NCBI GenBank assembly: GCA_021790115.1
Contig: JAJYIM010000003.1
Span: 16,602 to 80,601, forward strand
Length of the DNA stretch: 64,000 bases
Direction of reading: 5' to 3'
Source: Actinomycetes bacterium
Lineage (GTDB): Bacteria > Actinomycetota > Thermoleophilia > BMS3ABIN01
Both the position numbers and the translations under genes were made by a program. The notes under the pieces are model-generated. The model saw only the letters and a program-made list of their open reading frames with translations, had not been told where the DNA came from and did no database searches. Below are positions 57,938 to 64,000 of the stretch, one piece after another; positions within the stretch are counted from its first letter, which is position 1; each line of letters starts with the position of its first letter.

Positions 57938-58148
57938 AGCTGGAACAGGCGCTACTTGAACAGGAGCCGCAATTTTTCCCAGAGCTACCGCCAGCACCCT
58001 GGGACGAAAATGAAAACGAGGAGAGCAACCGGTCCAGCTCAGTCGAGCCGCAGGCAGGGCATGCCAACCCCGCCTCAGCATCGGGCGACCGAACCAGCTC
58101 TTCAAACCCGCTCTGGCAAGAGCGGCAATAAAATTCATAAATTGGCAT
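57930..58148 (-). CDS. FmdB-family zinc-ribbon protein
   Basis: MPIYEFYCRSC...CPACGS...CGSCSSSACSSC. Confidence 0.92.
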   Translation of the reverse strand: MPIYEFYCRSCQSGFEELVRSPDAEAGLACPACGSTELDRLLSSFSFSSQGAGGSSGKNCGSCSSSACSSCG

Positions 58149-58311
58149 GATAATCTAACCTATGTTTTATCCTGCAAAACAAGGCGTTACTTAAATCGCC
58201 CCGCTCAATTTAACTCTAGTTTATAAAAATGGCCTTTGCAAGAATGCCGCCCGTGCATTATTCTTTTTAATAATGGTTTGAAGTAACCTTGAGTTTGGCA
58301 ATGCAGATCAA

Positions 58312-58358
58312 TTCCAGCCAGCCAATGTCTGGTATCTCCCTGAGAACTGGAACGGAGG
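58312..58358 (+). promoter_or_regulatory. Structured leader abutting the panC SD (candidate cis-regulatory RNA)
   Basis: TTCCAG/CTGGAA encloses hairpins CCAG/CTGG and TCTC/GAGA; GGAGG follows after 1 nt. Confidence 0.5.
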
Positions 58359-58364
58359 AAGACT

Positions 58365-59342
58365 GTGCAAAACGTCCTAAGCGAAAGTCCTTTCGGCGCC
58401 GGCGGCTTCGCCGGCTCACTCACCGGCCAAGATAAAGGTCGCACCAACCTTCCCCCGGGCACGGGCGCCTCTGGGGGGGCCACAACTGTAACCCGCACCA
58501 TTGCTGATATCCGCGCCAGGATGGAGGCGTGCGCAAAAGATGGTGTGCTTGTCGGCCTCGTGCCTACCATGGGATTTTTTCATGAGGGCCATTTGAGCCT
58601 GATGCGTGCCGCCCGCCCCGAATGCACGCTGGTGGTGGTAAGCATTTTTGTAAATCCGATCCAGTTTGGCGCCGGCGAGGATTTTAACACCTATCCGCGC
58701 GACTTTGACCGCGACTTTGAGATGGCCGCCGCCGCGGGCGCCGACATCATCTTTGCGCCGGCGGCAGCCGAGCTTTATCCTGACGCCTTTGACACTATGG
58801 TTGTGCCGGGAAACCTTGCCGAGGGCCTCTGCGGCGCCGCCCGCCCCGGACATTTCCGGGGCATTGCCACCGTGGTCGCCAAGCTGTTTAACATCGTCAG
58901 GCCCGGCATTGCCTATTTTGGCCAGAAGGACGCCCAGCAAGTCGCAGTGATCAGGCACATGGCCCGGGACCTGAATTATAATGTGGGAATCAGGGTATGC
59001 CCTACTGTCAGGGAGCCGGACGGGCTGGCAATGAGCTCCCGGAATATTTACTTAAGCAAAGATGAGCGCAGCCAGGCGTCCGTTCTTTACGAAGCATTGC
59101 TTGAAGCAAAGGCAGCCGCGTCCGCCGGCCAGACAAGCGCAGCCGGCATAAGGCGGCAGATAAAAAGAAAAATCGCCAGCCAATACCTGGCAGACCTGGA
59201 GTATGTCGGAATTGTAAGCCCCGATACACTGGAGCCTGTCTCTGAAATAAAGGCAGAAGTTCTGGCCGCCGTGGCCGCAAAGTTTGGCCGCGCCAGGCTG
59301 ATTGATAGCATGACCCTGTCACCGGGAGGAGACAATGCTTAG
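58365..59342 (+). CDS. panC: Pantoate--beta-alanine ligase
   Basis: VPTMGFFHEGH, FVNPIQF, RPGHF, FGQKDAQQ, GLAMSSRN. Confidence 0.98.
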   Translation: MQNVLSESPFGAGGFAGSLTGQDKGRTNLPPGTGASGGATTVTRTIADIRARMEACAKDGVLVGLVPTMGFFHEGHLSLMRAARPECTLVVVSIFVNPIQFGAGEDFNTYPRDFDRDFEMAAAAGADIIFAPAAAELYPDAFDTMVVPGNLAEGLCGAARPGHFRGIATVVAKLFNIVRPGIAYFGQKDAQQVAVIRHMARDLNYNVGIRVCPTVREPDGLAMSSRNIYLSKDERSQASVLYEALLEAKAAASAGQTSAAGIRRQIKRKIASQYLADLEYVGIVSPDTLEPVSEIKAEVLAAVAAKFGRARLIDSMTLSPGGDNA

Positions 59343-59730
59343 AACAATGCTAAAAAGCAAGATTCATTGTGCCACGGTTACGGCTGCCAGAATTGAGTAT
59401 GAGGGCAGCATCACTATTGACCAGGATCTGCTCGAGGCTGCCGGCATCTTTCCGTATGAGCAAGTCCATGTCCTGGACCTGGATAACGGCGCCCGTCTGA
59501 CCACCTACGCCCTGCCCGGCGGTTCCGGCGAGGTCTGCATAAACGGCGCCGCCGCCCGGCTTGTAAGGACTGGCGACCGGGCCATCATATTGGCTTATGC
59601 ATCATTGCAACCCGGGGAGCTGGAAGAATTTGAGCCACTTGTGATCCGGGTGGATGAAAATAACAACCCTGTTTCAGCGGCCAAAATACAGCCGGCATTG
59701 AACCAGGCCCAAGGCAGGCTCCGGCAATGA
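59335..59730 (+). CDS. panD: Aspartate 1-decarboxylase proenzyme
   Basis: MLKSKIH, YEGSITID self-cleavage site, NGAAAR. Confidence 0.98.
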   Translation: MLRTMLKSKIHCATVTAARIEYEGSITIDQDLLEAAGIFPYEQVHVLDLDNGARLTTYALPGGSGEVCINGAAARLVRTGDRAIILAYASLQPGELEEFEPLVIRVDENNNPVSAAKIQPALNQAQGRLRQ

Positions 59731-60182
59731 CTGTAAAAAAGAAGCCTCAGGCTGGCGGCTCCGAAGGGGTGTACACTCATGAGCTTGAATATTTGCTGCG
59801 GGAAGAACTTGATCTTGCCGACATAACCGCCGGCGTTGCCGCGGCGGTAACAAAAAGTGGCTTCAACAGCGGCTCGGCAACGGTTTTCGTGCCGGGAGCT
59901 ACCGGCGCCGTCACTTGCCTTGAGTATGAGCCGGGAGTGATCGCTGATTTTAAAGACGCGCTGGAGCGGATTGCGCCGCGCTCCATGCAATATGAGCACA
60001 ACCGCTTCCAAGCCGACGGGAACGGCCATTCCCATGTGCGGGCCGGGCTCCTGGGGCCTTCGTTGGCCATCCCGTTTGTGGATGGGCAGCTGACCCTGGG
60101 GGTTTGGCAGCAGGTTACCCTGGTTAATTTTGACAACCGCAGCCGCAGGCGGCGGGTCATCGTTCAGGTCATCGGCGCCTGA
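59727..60182 (+). CDS. YjbQ/UPF0047 family protein
   Basis: GATGAVT..EYEPG, NGHSH, LGVWQQ. Confidence 0.92.
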   Translation: MTVKKKPQAGGSEGVYTHELEYLLREELDLADITAGVAAAVTKSGFNSGSATVFVPGATGAVTCLEYEPGVIADFKDALERIAPRSMQYEHNRFQADGNGHSHVRAGLLGPSLAIPFVDGQLTLGVWQQVTLVNFDNRSRRRRVIVQVIGA

Positions 60183-60190
60183 CTGTCACA

Positions 60191-61477
60191 GTGGCTCCCG
60201 TTCTCCAACTTGCACTTGATTTTCTCGACCTCCCCCGCGCCCTGGCCGTGGCTGCAGAAGCCGTCCGTGGCGGCGCAGACTGGCTGGAGGCAGGCACGCC
60301 GCTAATTAAAAGCGAGGGGCTGGAAGCAGTGCGCGAGCTGAAGCGCAGCTTTCCCGGCAGGGTGATAGTGGCCGACCTGAAAACGATGGACGCAGGCCGC
60401 TTTGAAATGGAATCGGCGGCAAAAGCCGGCGCCTGCATAGCCGGGGTCCTGGGCGCCGCTTCTGATGCAACCATCACTGAATGCATCGAAGTTGGCGGCA
60501 ATTACGGCCTTGAGATCATTGTTGACATGATTGAGGTGCCGGATCCTGTACAGCGCGCCCGCGAGGTGGAGCAGATGGGCGCCGATTATATTGGCATCCA
60601 TACCGCGATTGACCAGCAAATGCGCGGGGAAGCCCCCATGGACCTGCTGCGCCGGGTGAAGGCGGCGGTGGAGATGCCGGTTGCCGTCGCGGGCGGCATC
60701 AATTCAGAAACGGCCGCTGAAGCAGCCCGGGCGGGAGCCGATATCGTCATTGTCGGCGGAGCAATCATCAAGGCCGCCGATGCCGAAGCCGCGGCCCGCC
60801 AGATAAAGCAGGCGATATCAACAGGCAAAGGCGTAAAGACCACTCTCTACAAACGGGCAACGGTCAAATCGATTCGCACGGCGCTGGCGCATGTGTCCAC
60901 AGCCAATCTCTCCGACGCCATGCACAGAAGTGGAGATCTCCCCGGCTTAAAACCTGTCTTTCCTGGAATCCGGCTGCAGGGGCCGGCGTTGACCGTGAGG
61001 ACTTTCCCCGGAGACTGGGCCAAGCCGGTGGAAGCCATCGACCTTGCCCGCGAGGGAGATGTGCTGGTGATCGATGCCGGCGGTGCCGGCCCTGCTGTCT
61101 GGGGCGAACTGGCCACTCACAGCGCCCTCAAGCGCGGCCTGGCAGGGGTTATCATTATTGGCGCCGTCAGGGACACGCCGGAAATTCGCGAGCTTGGATT
61201 CCCCGTCTTTGCAAGCATGGTGACGCCCACGGCCGGGGAGCCAAAAGGGTTTGGAGAAATTGGTGTGCCAGTGATGGCCAGCGCCGTCAAGATCAATCCC
61301 GGGGATTGGCTTGTTGGCGATGACGACGGCCTGGTCCGCCTGCCAAAAGCAAAGGCGGCCGAGATTGCCAACCGGGCGATGGACGTGCTGGAGCGGGAAA
61401 ACCGCCTGCGGCGCGAGATAGAGGACGGCAGCACGCTCAGCCAGGTCGCCTACCTGGAAAAGTGGGAAAAAACCTAG
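60191..61477 (+). CDS. 3-hexulose-6-phosphate synthase / RraA-like fusion
   Basis: LQLALD, EAGTPLIK, ADLKTMD, VAGGI (Hps/KGPDC barrel); STANLSDA, WGEL, GAVRD, GDDDG (RraA/HMG aldolase). Confidence 0.9.
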   Translation: MAPVLQLALDFLDLPRALAVAAEAVRGGADWLEAGTPLIKSEGLEAVRELKRSFPGRVIVADLKTMDAGRFEMESAAKAGACIAGVLGAASDATITECIEVGGNYGLEIIVDMIEVPDPVQRAREVEQMGADYIGIHTAIDQQMRGEAPMDLLRRVKAAVEMPVAVAGGINSETAAEAARAGADIVIVGGAIIKAADAEAAARQIKQAISTGKGVKTTLYKRATVKSIRTALAHVSTANLSDAMHRSGDLPGLKPVFPGIRLQGPALTVRTFPGDWAKPVEAIDLAREGDVLVIDAGGAGPAVWGELATHSALKRGLAGVIIIGAVRDTPEIRELGFPVFASMVTPTAGEPKGFGEIGVPVMASAVKINPGDWLVGDDDGLVRLPKAKAAEIANRAMDVLERENRLRREIEDGSTLSQVAYLEKWEKT

Positions 61478-61512
61478 CGCTTAATCAAGTTCAAGAACTT
61501 CATAAACATCTG

Positions 61513-61560
61513 CTTTGCGGCCGGCCGCAGTAAATAAAATACGCCTATTGAAATAGGCTC
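61513..61560 (-). mobile_element. MITE left-arm remnant starting at the ANTAR gene stop
   Basis: Minus: GAGCCTATTTCAATAGGCGTATT...CTGCGGCCGGCCGCAAAG, matching the left arm at 52922. Confidence 0.78.
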
Positions 61561-62138
61561 TAGAGGAAATCACTGGTTTCTACTATCATCCCGGCCAACT
61601 GGGCCATCTTCACATTGCGGCAGGAGCTTTGTTTCTGCAGCAGCTTGAAGGCTTCCTCCTCAGAAAGTCCCTGCCGTTTCATGATGATGCCCTTGGCCCG
61701 TTCCACCAATTTCCGCGTTTCCAGCGCCTCCTGCAAGGTGTCCACCTCTTTTCTGAGCCGCTGAAGTTCGCTGAAGCGGGAGGCCGCCAGGGCGATGGCG
61801 GGCCTCAGCGTTGCCTCCATGACGGGCTTTGTCAGGTAAGACGCTACCCCGATTTCATTGGCTTCCTTGACTAAATCTTCTTCGCTAAAGGCAGACAATA
61901 TGATGATCGGCATTGGCGTTTTTGTCAGTATGGCTTTGGCCGCGGCGAGCCCGTCCATTCCCAGCATTTTTATGTCCATGATAGCCAGATCGGGATTTGT
62001 CTTGGCCGCCATGGCGACCGCCTCGGAGCCTGTTTTGGCTTTTCCCACTACCTCATGCCCAAGATGCGCAAGCATCGTCTCCAAACCCATTGCCTCCAGC
62101 GCCTCGTCTTCGGCGATCAGTATTTTAAAGCTTTTCAC
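61560..62138 (-). CDS. REC-ANTAR response regulator (PdtaR/EutV-like)
   Basis: AEDE, MDIKM, KP receiver; LETRKLVERAKGIIM..SEEEAF..L ANTAR. Confidence 0.95.
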   Translation of the reverse strand: MKSFKILIAEDEALEAMGLETMLAHLGHEVVGKAKTGSEAVAMAAKTNPDLAIMDIKMLGMDGLAAAKAILTKTPMPIIILSAFSEEDLVKEANEIGVASYLTKPVMEATLRPAIALAASRFSELQRLRKEVDTLQEALETRKLVERAKGIIMKRQGLSEEEAFKLLQKQSSCRNVKMAQLAGMIVETSDFL

Positions 62139-62186
62139 GGCTAAGCGTCTCCCCCGCCCTGTTGACTAACTGGCGCACGTAAGCGT

Positions 62187-63812
62187 TCAGGCAGGAAGAG
62201 GGAGGCGGATGTCTGCTTTACAACCATTGTCAAAACTGATATCCCAGTCGCCACCCAGATCGTCCCTGACTAGATTATTAATGATCTGCGTACCCAGGCC
62301 CTGCCCGGACGTCGCTTTGGGGCCGGTTGATTCCGAGCCTGTGTCTCTGTAACCAATTCTTATTATATCATTGCTTTCTCTATTGAAAAAAATAGAGACA
62401 TGTCCTCCCTGCCCGCCGAAACCATGTTTCATGCTGTTGATGATCAGCTCATTAATGATAATAGCCAGCGAGGTCGCCAGCTTTGCCGGCAGCTTGAATT
62501 CGGGTCCCCGGACCTCGAGCCCGATTTCGGCGGCGCTGTTTGCCGCAACCGTTGAGAGGGCAACCTGCCGGATCATGTTTACGATTTCAACATCGCTATT
62601 GGTCTTGCCTGTCAGCAGGCGCTGCACCTGAGCGATGCTGTTAATTCTGGTGAGATTGTCCCCGATCACTTTGATCGCCTCTGGGCTGTCCGATTTGATG
62701 AGCTGCATTGACAAAACCGAACTGAGGGCGGCGAGGTTATTGGCAATCCGGTGCTGGGTCTCCATCAGCAGGGTTGCCATCTGATCACTGCGCTGCTTTT
62801 CGAGGCTGATCTCTCTAGACATATTATTAAAGTTATCGGACAAAACCGACAACTCATCCCGCCGTTTTTGTGGCGGCAAATTGATGGCCTCGCCGGCGGC
62901 CATGCGCTGGCTCGCCTCTGTAATTCTTTCAACAGGACGGCTGACCAGGCGCGCCAGGTAATGGGCGATGAAGAGCCCGATGGAAAGAGCAGCGACGACC
63001 AGGCCCAGCAGGGGGCTATTGGAACCGGAGCTGCCCTGAGCGGGCTCCTCAACCACCAGCGCCGCTGCCGTCTTGCCGCTCAAACCGGCCAGCGGATAAA
63101 AGCCCTTTCTCAGTGAAGTTCCGGCGGCAGAAGTCGTCCTGGCTATTGTTTGGCCTTGAGCAAGGGCATTAAGATCCTGACCGGAAAGCGGAAAAATGGC
63201 AACCGCGGGACCATTCCAATGCGCGCCATCCAAGAAAATCCAATAGGCGCGGTCCGGGCCTCCTTTGATTACGTCGACGGCTGAGGAAGCATCAACCGAT
63301 ACGGACAGAAGGCCTACGGTTGCCCCTCCATTCTTGACTGGCGAAAGCACCGTCGCTTGCGGTCTTCCGTCTTTTACGGTCAGGCCGGAATAAGCGCGGC
63401 CGCTTTGCAACGATGACAGGCCCAAGGCATTAAAATAAGCGTTTACATCAGTTATATAGGAAGCCACTGCCCTGTCGGGAATCGCCCTGCCGTCGCTGCC
63501 GGTTGCCGGACCCATTGCCACAACTCCCCGGCTGGCGATGTCTGCCATGACGTTCGGCGTTTCGGCCGCCAGGTTGACGACCGCAAGCGACCGTTCCAGG
63601 CGCCGGTCGAACTCCTGCTTCACCACGTTATATGATTCGTCCATCCTCAAGGAACTTTCTTGCGCGCTCCTGTCTCCAGCCTGATTGAACGAGTAAAAAG
63701 AAGCAAGGGCGAGAATCACCGAAGCCAAAGCCAGGTATGAAAGCATCAGCTTCAGATGGAGCGGAAAAAAGCGCCTTCGCATCAGGGGAACCGACTGCAT
63801 CGTGAGGCTCAA
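62187..63812 (-). CDS. Membrane sensor histidine kinase (extracytoplasmic sensor, HAMP, HisKA_2-type)
   Basis: Two TMs, RRDEL..L..FN.M HAMP, ETQHRIANNL H-box, NELIINSMKHG, GLGTQII. Confidence 0.9.
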   Translation of the reverse strand: MSLTMQSVPLMRRRFFPLHLKLMLSYLALASVILALASFYSFNQAGDRSAQESSLRMDESYNVVKQEFDRRLERSLAVVNLAAETPNVMADIASRGVVAMGPATGSDGRAIPDRAVASYITDVNAYFNALGLSSLQSGRAYSGLTVKDGRPQATVLSPVKNGGATVGLLSVSVDASSAVDVIKGGPDRAYWIFLDGAHWNGPAVAIFPLSGQDLNALAQGQTIARTTSAAGTSLRKGFYPLAGLSGKTAAALVVEEPAQGSSGSNSPLLGLVVAALSIGLFIAHYLARLVSRPVERITEASQRMAAGEAINLPPQKRRDELSVLSDNFNNMSREISLEKQRSDQMATLLMETQHRIANNLAALSSVLSMQLIKSDSPEAIKVIGDNLTRINSIAQVQRLLTGKTNSDVEIVNMIRQVALSTVAANSAAEIGLEVRGPEFKLPAKLATSLAIIINELIINSMKHGFGGQGGHVSIFFNRESNDIIRIGYRDTGSESTGPKATSGQGLGTQIINNLVRDDLGGDWDISFDNGCKADIRLPLPA

Positions 63813-63872
63813 TTCAATTCCCCCTGCTCATGATGAAATCAGTCCGTTATAGAAGCGACGGAGCTTTGAGTC

Positions 63873-64000
63873 CTACGAGGGAGTTTGAGCAAGATGAATC
63901 TTTCTGGCATAACCCAAGAAGGATGAAATCGCGACAAATGCGCAGACGATACCCAGTAGAGGAAGCGTCGCCATAGCCAGCGGCATCAAACCAAGGTTGG
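63873..64000 (-). CDS. 3' end of a membrane protein (truncated by window)
   Basis: Open frame NLGLMPLAMATLPLLGIVCAFVAISSFLGYARKIHLAQTPS*. Confidence 0.45.
   Translation of the reverse strand, partial: NLGLMPLAMATLPLLGIVCAFVAISSFLGYARKIHLAQTPS

Noticed and set aside
57938..58138. N-terminal extension of the UDG ORF (303 aa)
   Set aside because: Overlaps the FmdB gene in another frame; GTG 57937 is the likelier start
63812..63872. ANTAR dual stem-loop target upstream of the kinase
   Set aside because: No pair of hexaloop hairpins with the expected A1/G4 pattern identified

Overview
A GC-rich, gene-dense chromosomal segment. Gene order (pgsA-mpg/PMM-FHA-MerR cluster, single-motif RsiG, rpsB-tsf-pyrH-frr-uppS-cdsA-dxr-rseP-ispG-proS) suggests a deep-branching Actinomycetota (Thermoleophilia-like); this is an inference. 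Housekeeping blocks are hisF'-metK-priA-def-fmt-tRNA-Pro, the translation/MEP operon, tsaEBD-rimI, panCD and murT-gatD. The most unusual element is a ~23 kb minus-strand cassette next to tRNA-Pro: pgi-gnd-nuoAB(CD)EFGHIJKLMN-zwf-cydAB plus a broken quinone oxidoreductase and an IS256 remnant. An E. coli-type complex I is bracketed by oxidative pentose-phosphate genes, and both dehydrogenases carry NAD+-type rather than NADP+-type signatures, suggesting a self-contained sugar-phosphate to NADH to O2 module. Other highlights: an MglA/MglB polarity module divergent from a c-di-GMP anti-sigma (RsiG), with sigma28/WhiG-like promoters nearby; heptamer microsatellites fused to stop codons; a palindromic MITE family; a REP inside a coding sequence; and structured leaders before metK and panC. 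All calls come from reading the sequence; no searches were run.
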